From IMG/VR virus record IMGVR_UViG_3300036861_000507, positions 1 through 64,000 of that record: a stretch of DNA of 64,000 nt. One strand, given 5' to 3'. This DNA comes from a virus. The notes under the pieces were generated by a model. It worked only from the letters and a program-made list of their open reading frames with translations, did no database searches and was not told the origin of the DNA. Positions 36,540 to 47,078 of the stretch are shown here, one piece after another (position 1 is the first letter of the stretch; each line of letters starts with the position of its first letter). The position numbers and the translations under genes were made by a program.

Positions 36540-37235
36540 TCATGCCGCCTCTCCGCTCTTCTGCTGCTCGGGAAGGTTGAGGGCGCGCTTCACGGCCGCT
36601 TCCGCCGCGATGATGGCTTTGAGGATCGCCGTCCCGACCTGCGGGACAATCGCATCCCCGAAGGCGCTTCTGCAGTCGGCAGCCAGTGTGGAGGAAATCC
36701 CATCACCCACTCGTAGATGGCGAGCAAGACTTGCGGGTCCGTCACGCCAGCCGCTGTGAGCTTGTCGGAGGTGCGGAGCCCCCGCATGGATAGCGCCCAC
36801 CACCAGTGGCCAGCAGGCGTAACCGCAGGCTTCCAGCTTCCCAAGTACTCGGTCGACGCCGCGAGTTCTGAGGCGAGGGCTGTTCTCAAGACATGCCCAA
36901 TGAGGCCGTACCTCGTCGATGATCCGGACCGCTTCGAAGACGAGTCTCGTCTCGGCGCCGTCGATCCCGCGGCCGCGATGATTGGCAGCGCTGGCGTCCT
37001 GGCAGGGAGGACTTCCGAGAACAAGATCAACTGCTCCGCATCCATCCTTGTCGAGCCTCTTGGCTGTCAGCTTGGTCACGTCGCGATAGAGCCGCACGCC
37101 AGGAAAATGAGCCGCGTAGTGGGCGCGCTTCCAGGCGTCGATCTCACAAGCGGCCACGGTCTCGATGCCGCAGGCATGTGCTGCGAGCGTCCAGCCGCCG
37201 ATGCCGGAGAAGAGATCGAGCACGCGCAGCATCAC
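36540..37235 (-). CDS. DNA cytosine-5 methyltransferase, large (alpha) chain, internally shortened
   Basis: DLFSGIGG (I), GSPPCQ (IV), ENS (VI), GDAIVPQV (X). Confidence 0.8.
   Translation of the reverse strand: MMLRVLDLFSGIGGWTLAAHACGIETVAACEIDAWKRAHYAAHFPGVRLYRDVTKLTAKRLDKDGCGAVDLVLGSPPCQDASAANHRGRGIDGAETRLVFEAVRIIDEVRPHWACLENSPRLRTRGVDRVLGKLEACGYACWPLVVGAIHAGAPHLRQAHSGWRDGPASLARHLRVGDGISSTLAADCRSAFGDAIVPQVGTAILKAIIAAEAAVKRALNLPEQQKSGEAA
36590..37045 (-). CDS. Overlapping alternate-frame (beta) chain of the C5 methyltransferase
   Basis: Nested ORF MDAEQLILF...EWVMGFPPHW carrying a motif IX-like segment missing from the main frame. Confidence 0.6.
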   Translation of the reverse strand: MDAEQLILFSEVLPARTPALPIIAAAGSTAPRRDSSSKRSGSSTRYGLIGHVLRTALASELAASTEYLGSWKPAVTPAGHWWWALSMRGLRTSDKLTAAGVTDPQVLLAIYEWVMGFPPHWLPTAEAPSGMRLSRRSGRRSSKPSSRRKRP

Positions 37236-37646
37236 TCCACCCCCATCCTCGCCAATGCCAACTCGATCTTGCGGATCACGTCGTCGAGCGTCTGGGCCAA
37301 TGCCTTCTGCTCTTCCCGTGCCGTGTAGGTGCCGAGCTTCTCGGCCAGCATGTGGCCGACGAGCGCGAGCTTCTTGAGCGCGACCAGCTCGATGCCGCGC
37401 ACTTCGATGGTGACGGAGGCGGTGTCGACGATGTTGAGCATCACGTGGTCTCCACCTTCGCCAACCTCTTCCGGTGATAGTCGCCCCGATGCTGCTGCAG
37501 TGCCCTCTCGGTCTTGAACCGCCTTGAACACAGATCGCACTTGATCCTGGTGAGCCGTGCGGCCTTGTCGGCCTGCTCGTGGGCGTGCTGGGACTCGCGC
37601 TCTGAGGTGAGGGTTGGGGAATGGGCGATGGATTGGGTGCTCGGCA

Positions 37647-38399
37647 TCAGGCGGCCTCCGCTCTAGCCGCACTCACTGGGAATTGCCGGACCATGAGATC
37701 GTCCGGGATCGGTTTCTTGCCGGTCATCTGCTTGAAGAAGAAGGCGACGCCAGCCGTGGCGCATTCGTCGCGAAGATCACGCGCCCATTGCGGGTCCATC
37801 ATGCGGGCCCCGGTGCCGCTCTCTCCGCCGCAGATGATCCAGTCGGGCACTGGGTAGACATCCCGGAGCGAGAGCGGTCCGAGCGCGGGCTCGTAGCTGA
37901 TGAAGTGCACGGCGGCTGACACGCTCGCGAGGTGCCGGTAGCGCTGCTCAAGATGGTTCTGATCTTCCGCCGTCGTGCCAAGCCACACGTTCGGAAAATG
38001 CCCGGCCTGCACCCACAGGCTCGGCAGCATCTTGCGGATGTTCTGCGGCCGCTTCGTCAGCAGCAGCCAGTCAAGCTCTGGCGTCTTCAGGATCAGGCTC
38101 CACAGATCAACTCGCCACTCGACCGGCACCTGGTTGTCGAACACATCGGCGAGCGAGGCGCAGAACACGCGCGGGCGCTCACCCGATGCACGCGCCGCCT
38201 TCGCCCATTGCAGAGGCTTTTTCCAGGTCTCGGGCGACGTGCGCTTGCGCTCGCCGTGCGGACCCCAGCCCTGGACCCAACCCCAGCGCTCGTTCATGAC
38301 GCGCGCGTAGCAATGATCGCAGGCTGGCGACATCTCCTGGCAGCCAATCCATGGGTTCAGCGTATGCGTGGCCCACTCGATCTTGGTGTTCTCGGCCAT
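37647..38399 (-). CDS. Phage Gp37/Gp68 (DUF5131) protein
   Basis: TKIEW..T.NPWIGC...SPACDHCYA, LLTKRP, WIICGGESG, FFFKQ. Confidence 0.88.
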   Translation of the reverse strand: MAENTKIEWATHTLNPWIGCQEMSPACDHCYARVMNERWGWVQGWGPHGERKRTSPETWKKPLQWAKAARASGERPRVFCASLADVFDNQVPVEWRVDLWSLILKTPELDWLLLTKRPQNIRKMLPSLWVQAGHFPNVWLGTTAEDQNHLEQRYRHLASVSAAVHFISYEPALGPLSLRDVYPVPDWIICGGESGTGARMMDPQWARDLRDECATAGVAFFFKQMTGKKPIPDDLMVRQFPVSAARAEAA

Positions 38400-38872
38400 C
38401 ACTCCACCGCCCCCTCGTACTTCCTGAACCGCCAGGACTCGACCGTGCATTCGCCCCACTTGCCGGCGATCTCCATCAGCAGGACGATGTCGTCGCGGTC
38501 CCACTGCGACGTCTTGCTGCGCGAAGGCTCCTGGTTGATCAACGCCGAGACGATGGCGAGCTTGCCGGCTGACGGCTCGGAGTAGACGGAGAACTCCGGG
38601 ATCTGCTCGACCAGATCGCCGATCTGGAACGGATTGGTGCGCTGCACCGCGGGCAAGAGGTCGCGCAGGACGCGCGCCTGCATCGCAAGCGACGGCGGCG
38701 ATGGCGGCTTGCCATGGTTCCGATCGAAGAGGCGCTGCAGGTCGGCGGCGCTGAGCATGACTTTTTCCATCTCTCTCTTTCCTTCAGGTGAGGCGGCGGC
38801 TCCGGGGCGACTGCTCATGGGCAACAAGCCGATCGCTCACTCTTGCCGGGGCCGCCGCCCCATTCGTGAAAC

Positions 38873-39151
38873 TCACGCTGCTTTCGCCTCCTGCATCATG
38901 CCTCGCATCTCCAAGGCCGCGACGCGCAACGCGAGGACGTCGAACTCCGCCCGCGATACGCTCTTGGCAACGGGGTACATGAAGTGCTCCCGCTTGTAGG
39001 CCTTGACCCACTTCGGCATTCTTCCCCGTCCGAACCATCTCTGTCCGGTGTCGGGGTCCTCGCAGACGAAGGGCGGGACCTGGGCACGCTGGCGGCGCTC
39101 CCGCTGGAGGGGAAGGGAGAGCTGGGCCGGGGTCTGGGTCGGGCGGATCAT
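38873..39151 (-). CDS. Protein with an H-NS-like DNA-binding motif
   Basis: DPDTGQRWFGRGRMPKWV matches the H-NS C-terminal TW.GRGR.P.W motif. Confidence 0.65.
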   Translation of the reverse strand: MIRPTQTPAQLSLPLQRERRQRAQVPPFVCEDPDTGQRWFGRGRMPKWVKAYKREHFMYPVAKSVSRAEFDVLALRVAALEMRGMMQEAKAA

Positions 39152-39634
39152 GCTGCGCTCTCGTCCTCGACCCGCTCCACCTTGATCAGGCTGTCCCCCA
39201 GCAGCTCCTCGAACATCTCCATCACCTCGGCCATGACGACGTCGTAGACCCGGTGCCGGTTGGTGCTCGACAATTCCTCCGCCTCTCGCAACTGCGAGGC
39301 CAGATCCTTGCCGCGCCGGAAGCGGGCGAGGTTGGACCTGGGCTGGGCGGGCCGGCGGATGATGCGCTCCGGCCCCGTCTGCTGGACCTTGACGATGCCG
39401 AGGTTGAGGGGTTGAGCGGTCACGCTGCGACCTCCGGCTTCCTGTGTCTCGCCAGCCAGTCGATCGCCGCCGCCCGCGAGGGGAACTTGGCATCGAGCCA
39501 CGGCATGCCGCGCTTCCGCTCGCGCAGGAATATCTTGGCGTGCACGACGCCTTTCTCTTTGTGCAGCACGAACCGGTAGGGACCTTCGGTGGCCACATCC
39601 ATCTTGCCGGTGGTGCGGACGAAGTGGAGCTCCT

Positions 39635-40105
39635 TCACGCCGCCTCCTCCCGGAACATGTCGCCCTGCGCGCGCTTGCCGTTGAGGTAGGCGAGCGCTTC
39701 GGCCTTCACTTTCTCCAGTGCCTCCTGCGCATCCTCCGGCATCAGCGGAGATTTGCCGGTGGCGCTGTATTGGGCGTAGGGCAGATGCGGTGTGTTGAGG
39801 ACCAGCGGGGAATTGGCCGTGCCCAGATGCACGAACGCGGTGATGGTCGCGCCCTCCACGTCCTCGTCGGACTTGGAGAACGACACGCCGCCGATGGTGA
39901 TGGCGCCGTTCCACTGCTCCAACTTCAGTTCGAGGATGCCGCGTAGATGCTTGACGAGAACGTCGAACGCCTTGGTGAAAGACGGGGACGGCTCATCCGA
40001 GCACTTGAGCAGCGTCGTCTTGACGTTCTCGGCGAGGTTGCCGATCGGCTCCTCGGCCGTGATCTCGACCTTGCCGTCCTTGTATTTGACCTTGGTGATG
40101 TCCAT
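39635..40105 (-). CDS. Hypothetical phage protein
   Basis: ORF in the early operon; SPLVLNTP, YLNGKRAQ.DMF. Confidence 0.55.
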   Translation of the reverse strand: MDITKVKYKDGKVEITAEEPIGNLAENVKTTLLKCSDEPSPSFTKAFDVLVKHLRGILELKLEQWNGAITIGGVSFSKSDEDVEGATITAFVHLGTANSPLVLNTPHLPYAQYSATGKSPLMPEDAQEALEKVKAEALAYLNGKRAQGDMFREEAA

Positions 40106-41141
40106 CACACCAATCCTTTCTCGGTCGCCACACGCTCTGGCATCGTTACGGTGCCGTCGTCGTTCACCTCGCACTGGCTCTTCGGAATCCAGAACCACTT
40201 GTCCCGTTGTGTAATCTCACCCGTCCTCGGGTCGGCGTGTTCCTCCGTGGTCCCATCGGTGATGGCGATGGCTTTCTCGGTCTCGCGCACGACCTTGCAG
40301 GCGATGTCCACCAGCGTTGCGTCGCTCATCCCTTCCTCCTGCACAGTTCCCGATACGCCGGCACGCTCACCCGCCTCCACTCCAGGCCAGCCGCCTGGTC
40401 GGCCCTGACCTGCTCCAGGTAGTCCGCGCGCCGCTTGGCCCTGCCAGTAGAGAGCGTTTCGCCGTTGGCGTGCTTCCTCTCCGCCGCGAGCTTGCGCTTG
40501 CGTGCCGTGCGCTTGGCGAGACGCTTGGCCTGCCGCAGCCCGCACATTCTCTCCGCCATCATCCGCATCGCGCGCTCCCGTTGACCGGCCGGCCCCCGGC
40601 AGGAACCAGTGCGGCTCTTTCGTGTGCAAGGCTGTCGAGGTCCAGTACCAATGCCTTGGTGGCGTCCGACTCGGCGCCGCGATAGGCGAGCGCATTCGCC
40701 AGGCGCATCGCATCCCATGGCGTTCGGCTGCGACGGAAGCCCTCGATCTCCAATCGGACGGCGTAGGAATCCGGACTGGCAGCGACGGCGCGGTCGCACA
40801 GATTGTCGACCAGCTCGGACTCCATCGGGCGCAGATGCGCGAGGCCTTCGCCGGGCGTATCGCTCATGGCCCCGCCCCCTGCATGGAATTGTAAGCACCC
40901 GCCCCGCCCTGCTGGACCGTCTCTGCCTGCGGCGGCAGGAGGTCGATGTGGGAGAGCGGCTTGTAACCGGAGAGCCCCTTGAGCTTGACGACCGGCTTGC
41001 CGCCGCTGAGATGGAAGACGCGGCCTGCGGTCTCGGTGTCGAAGTAGGGCGGGACGGCTTGGGCGTGCGACAGTTGCGGCGTCTTGCCCATCGGCCAGAA
41101 GCGCACGCGGATGCCGGCGCTGGGTAAATCGGATACGGTCG

Positions 41142-41588
41142 TCATGCGGAGTCTCCAGCTTGCATCACGCTCGCACGCGCATCGGATTTCTTGCGGCTGC
41201 CGACCCGGCTGCAAATCTCGACTGCCCGCTGGCACAATTCCTCGTCGAACATCCCGACGTGGCACTGCTCGAATGCGATCCCCAGCTCACGTGCCAGCCA
41301 GGCGTAGGCCTTGCGCCGCGCGATGCCCTTGCCGCACTTGTCCCTGGCCTGCTTGGCCTGCCACAGCGGATCGAAGACGGCGTGGACGCCCTGCTTCGCA
41401 CGGCGGAGCTCGGCGTTGGCGAGGATGCCGAGCGGCTTGGTGGTGCCGGGATGACATCCAACCCATGCTCCGCAAGGCGCGCAGTGCCAGAAGCGCTTCG
41501 CAGCCAGGTCCTCCCGGTGCGGATAGATGGCGGAGCCGGGGACGAGGGTGGCTGGGTTGCGGCAGTAGGTGCAGAGGATGTCGGTCAT
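41142..41588 (-). CDS. Zinc-finger protein (DUF3268-like)
   Basis: CTYC...C.PCGAWVGCHPGT..PLG.LAN..LR..K...H..FDPLW. Confidence 0.8.
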   Translation of the reverse strand: MTDILCTYCRNPATLVPGSAIYPHREDLAAKRFWHCAPCGAWVGCHPGTTKPLGILANAELRRAKQGVHAVFDPLWQAKQARDKCGKGIARRKAYAWLARELGIAFEQCHVGMFDEELCQRAVEICSRVGSRKKSDARASVMQAGDSA

Positions 41589-41930
41589 GCCGCGATCTCC
41601 CGCGCATGGCTCTGCGCCACCAGCCACGCCTCGAACTTGGCTTTCCAGTAGTCGAACTCACCCCGCGCCTTGTTGGCCTCGTAGCGCGCTCGCGCGATCT
41701 CGCCGACGTGGTCGTGCCAGGATTGCGTGGCCTTCACCTCGCGCTCTGCAGCGGCAACGGAAAGCTCTCCGCCCAGCGCCTTGCAGCGCCTCGCCAGCTC
41801 GGCGGTCTTCTTCTCCTCCAGCTCGTAGGCCTTGGCGTCGGCCTCCGCCCAGGCGAGCGCGAACACCCTCAGTTGCTCGGGGATGTCCATGCCGGCGATC
41901 TGGGCGAGGCGCACGGCGCTGTCGAGGGCT

Positions 41931-42557
41931 CTATGCAGCTGCGGCATGCTTGTACCCCCTGATCTGATCGACGGTCCTGGCTAGCTCGGCGTTGAAGAGC
42001 TCGACGGCGTCCGCCAAACCGCGGATATAGGCCTCGTCGCGATAGGCCCGCTTCACGAACAGCGGCATCTTCGGCCAATAGACGCACAGATCTATGTGGT
42101 CGCGCTCGGCAATCCAGAGCGCCCCTTGGCACTGAGCACGATGCGCCGGCGGGAACTCGTCCTTGAGCAGCGTCTCGATCAGCAGATCGCCGCGCTGGGT
42201 CTTGATCTCGAGCATTCCGTTCTCGCCGATCAGAGAGTCCGGCGAGCACCCCTTGGGACCGTTGCGGATGAACCCCACGCGCTTCGGCTCGGCGTCGTGC
42301 ATGAAGGCGTAAAGGTCGCGAGCCTCCGCTTCCATAGCCTGCCCTCTGGCCATATCGGGGCTGCAATACGTCTCGACCGGCGCGCCCGTGAGAACTTCGG
42401 CCGCCAGGCGCAACATGTAGCTGCGCCGCATCTTGCTCTCACCGCCGCCGCGGCCATTGGCCAGGAGGCAGTGGAACTCGGAGGCCGTAACGAGCCCGCG
42501 GCGCAACTCTCGCCATTGGTCCGTTCCCTGTTCGACATCGGCAATGATTTGCAGCAT
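41931..42557 (-). CDS. YqaJ/lambda-exonuclease-family nuclease
   Basis: QGT..W...R.G..TAS, GCSPD, LEIK, QCQG.LW. Confidence 0.9.
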   Translation of the reverse strand: MLQIIADVEQGTDQWRELRRGLVTASEFHCLLANGRGGGESKMRRSYMLRLAAEVLTGAPVETYCSPDMARGQAMEAEARDLYAFMHDAEPKRVGFIRNGPKGCSPDSLIGENGMLEIKTQRGDLLIETLLKDEFPPAHRAQCQGALWIAERDHIDLCVYWPKMPLFVKRAYRDEAYIRGLADAVELFNAELARTVDQIRGYKHAAAA

Positions 42558-42566
42558 GGCGCGACC

Positions 42567-43691
42567 CTAGTAGCTCACAGTGATGTGGGGGATTTCCCCG
42601 CGCGCGATGGCGGCGATGACGATGTGCGCCGTCTTGGTATCGAGGCCGGCACAGTCCCCCAGCGCATCGGCAATCGCCTTGTTGATCTTGGCGACGTGCT
42701 TGGCGTTAGCCTCGCGCTTGGCGGCGGCCGCGTCCTCTGCGGCCTTGGAGTCGGCGACGCGCTTGCGTTCGGCCTCGATGGCGGCGAGTTGGTCGCGCGC
42801 GGCCTTCTCCTCGGCCTCCTTGCGGGCGCGCTCGGCCCTTTCGGCTGCGGCATTCTTGTCGGCTTCGGCGCGCTCGGCGCGGGCGATGGCGTCGGCCTTC
42901 TCGCGCTCGGCACGCAGCCGCTCCTGCTCGATGCGCTCACGCTCAAGGGCGGCGCGACGCTCTGCCGCGCGGGCCTCGGCTTGGGCCTTCTCCTCGGCTT
43001 GCTGGCGGGCGCGCTCGGCTGCCGCGGCAGCGATCCTTTCCTCGCGCTCACGTTGCTCGCGAGCGGCGGCTTCCTGTCTCAACCGCTCCAGCTCGGCGCG
43101 CTCGGCCTCGCGCTTGACCGCCGCCTCGCGCAATGCCGTCAGCTTTTTGCGTACTCCCTCTGCGGCCTCGGCAGCCCGCACCGTGAACTCCTGCCAATCG
43201 CGCTGCGGGGCGGCGTCCAGTTCGGCGAGATGGGCGTCGATCTCCCGGACGGAGGGCTCGAGGTGGAACGTGCCGCCGATGGCGATCAGCTGTGCCAGCG
43301 CCTGCTCGTGCGCATCGACGCGCGCCTGCTCGGCGTTCTCCCAATCGGTCAGGGGCTTGCGGACCTCGTCCCGCAGCGCGTCCAGCGCCTTCTCGATGAG
43401 GGTGCGTTCATTCGAGATGGCCTTCCAGGCGTCATAGTGGGTGCGGCCCAACTCCTGACCCCACTTGTCGAGCAGCGTCTTGGAGCGGGCGACCTTGTAG
43501 GCGAACGAGGCGATGTCCTTCCTGCCGATGGCCGTGGACATGTCACCCTTGAAGGCGCGCACCTCGGCCGTGATGCGGGCGAGCACGGCGTCGACCCCGC
43601 CCTCGGTGCTGAACACTTGCGCCGGGGTGAGGACCTTGGGGTCGATCAGCTCGGTGGAGGGCATGCGCTCCAGGGTGACGGCGTCGTTCAT
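42567..43691 (-). CDS. Coiled-coil phage protein
   Basis: GRK.IAS.AYKVARSKT; long A/E/R heptad region. Confidence 0.7.
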   Translation of the reverse strand: MNDAVTLERMPSTELIDPKVLTPAQVFSTEGGVDAVLARITAEVRAFKGDMSTAIGRKDIASFAYKVARSKTLLDKWGQELGRTHYDAWKAISNERTLIEKALDALRDEVRKPLTDWENAEQARVDAHEQALAQLIAIGGTFHLEPSVREIDAHLAELDAAPQRDWQEFTVRAAEAAEGVRKKLTALREAAVKREAERAELERLRQEAAAREQREREERIAAAAAERARQQAEEKAQAEARAAERRAALERERIEQERLRAEREKADAIARAERAEADKNAAAERAERARKEAEEKAARDQLAAIEAERKRVADSKAAEDAAAAKREANAKHVAKINKAIADALGDCAGLDTKTAHIVIAAIARGEIPHITVSY

Positions 43692-44473
43692 TGGCTCTTC
43701 TCCCGGCGCTGATCGAGTCGGGTCATGGCTTCGTCGAAACGCGTGGCGGGCAGATCATCCACCTTCGCGATCTTGAAGTACTTGTTGAACTTCACGAGGT
43801 CGACGTTGGTGTCGACGATGGCCAATTGCAGCTTGGAGAGTTGCTCTTCGGAGATGGCTGCCGACGCGCCGGCCCCGTTGCCGTCGTCGTTCGCGTTGCC
43901 CTCTTCCGACGCGATGCCGGTCACCGCCTCGTAGGTCGCGAGCTTGAGATAGGTGGTGGTCGACTTGATCTGTTGGATCGGGTTCTTGGAGCCCGACACG
44001 TCGGGTGGACCTGACAGTGACACGCGCTCCGAGTGCCCTCTGGCATGGGTCAGAACGCACGTGACCTTGATGCTCTTCTCGCCCTGATCGAACTCCCAAC
44101 TGGCATCGAGCCCGTGCTTGCTCAGAGCCTCGTTGGTGGCGCCGACCACGTTGCCGATCGACGAATAGCTGGAATCGTACTGCTTGTTCTTCATGTCCTT
44201 GATGATGGTCGGGGCATTCGCCTTGAAGGCGGCCTTTGCCTCGGTGAACGCCTTCTTCGCCTGCGCCTGATCCATGCGCTGATAGAAGTCGAACGCCTGA
44301 TTGATGCGCTCGATGGGCAGGTTGGTGTCCGTCATGATCCGCTCGAGGATCGCGAACATCGCTCCGCTGCTCTGAGGGAGCGCCGCGATCTGGGTGTTCG
44401 TAGCGGGAGCCCGATGGGCGACCGCCGTCGTTTCCCCCTCGGCTTCCATCAGTGCTGCGTTGGCGTCGGCCAT
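43688..44473 (-). CDS. ERF-family single-strand annealing protein
   Basis: L.KHGL, VTC.LTH..GH.E, KNPIQ...STTTY, DDG; adjacent to exonuclease. Confidence 0.85.
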   Translation of the reverse strand: MADANAALMEAEGETTAVAHRAPATNTQIAALPQSSGAMFAILERIMTDTNLPIERINQAFDFYQRMDQAQAKKAFTEAKAAFKANAPTIIKDMKNKQYDSSYSSIGNVVGATNEALSKHGLDASWEFDQGEKSIKVTCVLTHARGHSERVSLSGPPDVSGSKNPIQQIKSTTTYLKLATYEAVTGIASEEGNANDDGNGAGASAAISEEQLSKLQLAIVDTNVDLVKFNKYFKIAKVDDLPATRFDEAMTRLDQRREKSQ

Positions 44474-44906
44474 GTCACGTCCTCCTTCACACTTCCACCG
44501 CACGCGTATAGAGCCGCTTGATCCAACTGCTTTCCGGGTCGGAGTAGGCCTGCCTGATGGCTCGGTCGACCACGTCCTGCACGCGGTGGTTCCACGGATC
44601 GGACAGCAGTCGCAGCTCGATGCGCTGGGCGATGTCCTTGGGCGGAGCGATCTTCTCGATGATGGCCACGTTGGTCCCGGCCCTGATCTCGACCCGGCCC
44701 AGTTCGATCTCGATGCTCATCACCCGCCACAGGCCGTCCTTGCCGAAGTCGATGGCGGCTGTGCCGTCGGCCAGGAGGCCGATCGAGCCACGGTCGTTGG
44801 AGAGGATGGGCAGGTCCTCGAAGTGGTATTCGCAGAGCATGGGGTCGTCCGTGGTGAGAGTGTGGGGCTCAGGAGTGGGTTGGGCGCGGGGTTGCGGGCG
44901 GGGCGA

Positions 44907-45206
44907 TCATGTCCGCACCCTCAGATGCATGTATTCCTCGGGGGTCATCTGTGGTGGTGCGAACTCGCCAAACAGTTCTTTCTGTGCTTGCTCGGCCCAG
45001 GCGGCGTCCCAGGCGGCTGCGAGCGCGTGCTTGTAGCCCGCCGCCGCATCCGGCACCCAGACGATGGGCCGTTCCGCGAGCCCGAGCGCAGCGATGTGGG
45101 CTCGCATCGCGGTCTCGACGCCAGCGCGGTCAAGCGTCGGCCGCCGCACATCGAACCGATGCAACCGCGCAATCGCTGCGCTCGCTTCCTTGCCGATGGT
45201 CGCCAT
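44907..45206 (-). CDS. Short protein with AAWDAAW repeat (possibly truncated DUF6745-like)
   Basis: P.VWV...AAAWDAAWA; follows its usual partner gene. Confidence 0.4.
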   Translation of the reverse strand: MATIGKEASAAIARLHRFDVRRPTLDRAGVETAMRAHIAALGLAERPIVWVPDAAAGYKHALAAAWDAAWAEQAQKELFGEFAPPQMTPEEYMHLRVRT

Positions 45207-45208
45207 GG

Positions 45209-45556
45209 TCAATCCGCCACCACCCGCATCTCGCCAGCATCAAACTCCCGTTGACGACGCACCCGATAGGTGCCCTGCGGCAACGCGATCGCGTCATGCT
45301 CCTCATGCTTGAGCGTGGCGCCACCCTTGTTGGCGATCTTGATGTGGCCGAGATAGAGTTGGGACGGGAGGTCGCGCGCGAGCGCGTCGTCGCGGAACAT
45401 CACGGCGCCGCCGTAGAAGGCATGCCGGTGTCCCGTGACCTCGCCGCGCGCCAGCACGACGGCGCCGTCTGGGTCTACGTTGATGGGCTCCGAAGGCGCC
45501 GCGTCGGCGACGCGCTCCAGGATGATGTCGCCCTGGGCAAAAAATTCACGATGCAT
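45209..45556 (-). CDS. Conserved His-rich phage protein
   Basis: QGD..L, LA.GEVTGH.H, HEEH..I.LP.G.Y.VRRQRE. Confidence 0.7.
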   Translation of the reverse strand: MHREFFAQGDIILERVADAAPSEPINVDPDGAVVLARGEVTGHRHAFYGGAVMFRDDALARDLPSQLYLGHIKIANKGGATLKHEEHDAIALPQGTYRVRRQREFDAGEMRVVAD

Positions 45557-45903
45557 ATTCGTTCTCCGGTTCTCGAAACGCGCACGCGTCTGTCTCAACC
45601 AATCGGGACGGCGAGCCCCTCCAAGATCAGCGATGCCCCGCATCGCGCGACCCCGTACGCACCACCACTGACTCGCCGAACTCGCCGTCCCTCGGCCTTG
45701 CCTTGCGCTCACCCCGCACGGGCCGGGCCCTCACGCGGCCCACTTACGCAAGACTTCCCGCACCGGCCGATCTCTAAAAATTCGCCATTGCCGCGAACAG
45801 CACGATCCAGGCGATGGCCAAAACGCCGTACCAATCATCCAGCATGGGGCGCCTCCGCGAACCAGCCCGCGACCACGTCGGCGATCTCGGCGAAGGTGTG
45901 CTT

Positions 45904-47063
45904 GTGACATGCTCCCCGGCCTTCAGACCGGAGCTTCCCAGTGGGGTTCTCCTGGCTCACAGCGGGGCTCCTTCTGCAAGCGTGCCCAGTCCGGCACGGG
46001 CGATGTTGAGTGCGGCGTTAACGTCGCGATCGTGGACCGCTCCGCACTCGCTGCACTCCCATCGCCTTACTCCAAGGTCTGCGATACCTTTCGGCCTCCC
46101 TTCCGGCAGTGCGCCGCAAGCGGAACAGACTTGGGAAGTGAAGCGCTCATCCACTTCCACCATCCTGCCCCCATGCCTCATGGCCTTGTAGGACAGCTGC
46201 GTGCGAAGCGTGGACCAGCCGGCATCGAGCACGCTCTTTGCCATCCTGGTCCGAGACAATCTGCTGCTCGACACGTTGCCCACGGCGATCAGGCCGTGGG
46301 CCAAGGCGATGCGAGCACTCGCCTTGTGAAGGTGATCCTTGCGTGCGTTGGCGATCTTCGTCGCAATGCTGCAGGCGAGCCGCTTCTTGTTGGCGCGCTG
46401 CGCCTTGCCGAGCTTCTCTTGCAGCCGACGATAGTGTTGCGGCGCGGCGATCTTCTCGCCCGTCGAGAGCGTGGCCAGCTCCTTCAGGCCGAGATCGATG
46501 CCAACCGCCGCTGCGCCCGATTTGGCGAACGCTTCGGCTGGGAACTCGACCGGCACGTTGATGTACCAGTGGCCCTTGGTATCGGCATTGAAGCTGCCCG
46601 CGTGGATCACGGAGCCCGCGGGAATGTCGCGCAGGTGCATCGGCTGATACTTGATGCCGCGGAACTTGAACGCTACACCATCGAACGTGACGTGCCCCTG
46701 ATTGAACGGCACCCAGCCCAGGGACTTGCGGCCGCGAAACCGTAGCCACGCCTTCTTGTGCTGTTTCCGCGAGCGGTCGTACTGCTGGCACACCTTCTGA
46801 ATCGTGTGGGCATGCAGGTCGAGCCACTTGCCGGCGCCAGCAGTGAGGCGCTGGAGGTCGACGGCCGTTAGCCACCTGCGCCCCGACTTGGCTGCCTTCT
46901 GCTGGGTCTCGTTGGCGTAGTTCCAGACATAGTGGACGGAGCGTGCCTGCCGGTTCAATTCGCGCGCATGCTTGTCGCGCAGCCTGAACTTGAGCACCAA
47001 CAGGATGGGCTCGCTATCCCCGCCCTGAAGGACGGGTCTTGCGCTCGCGAGTTCGTGGCTTGG
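45904..47063 (-). mobile_element. IS200/IS605-family (IS1341-like, tnpB-only) element
   Basis: Left-end hairpin CCCGTCCTTCAGGGCGGG, right-end hairpin CTCCGGTCTGAAGGCCGGGG followed by TCAC; inserted after TTGAA; no tnpA. Confidence 0.8.
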
Positions 47064-47078
47064 TTCAAACAGGGTCAT
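45957..47078 (-). CDS. tnpB: RNA-guided endonuclease TnpB
   Basis: GIDLG (RuvC-I), DERFTSQVCSACG, WECSECG..HDRDVNAALNI. Confidence 0.92.
   Translation of the reverse strand: MTLFEPSHELASARPVLQGGDSEPILLVLKFRLRDKHARELNRQARSVHYVWNYANETQQKAAKSGRRWLTAVDLQRLTAGAGKWLDLHAHTIQKVCQQYDRSRKQHKKAWLRFRGRKSLGWVPFNQGHVTFDGVAFKFRGIKYQPMHLRDIPAGSVIHAGSFNADTKGHWYINVPVEFPAEAFAKSGAAAVGIDLGLKELATLSTGEKIAAPQHYRRLQEKLGKAQRANKKRLACSIATKIANARKDHLHKASARIALAHGLIAVGNVSSSRLSRTRMAKSVLDAGWSTLRTQLSYKAMRHGGRMVEVDERFTSQVCSACGALPEGRPKGIADLGVRRWECSECGAVHDRDVNAALNIARAGLGTLAEGAPL

Noticed and set aside
39040-39060. DTG in the H-NS-like protein as a sequon
   Set aside because: Single occurrence that is part of the H-NS DP.TG.W motif in a non-virion protein
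42600-43150. Repetitive GCC/GAG-rich tract as a repeat array or CRISPR
   Set aside because: It is the coding sequence of an A/E/R coiled coil; no fixed repeat-spacer period
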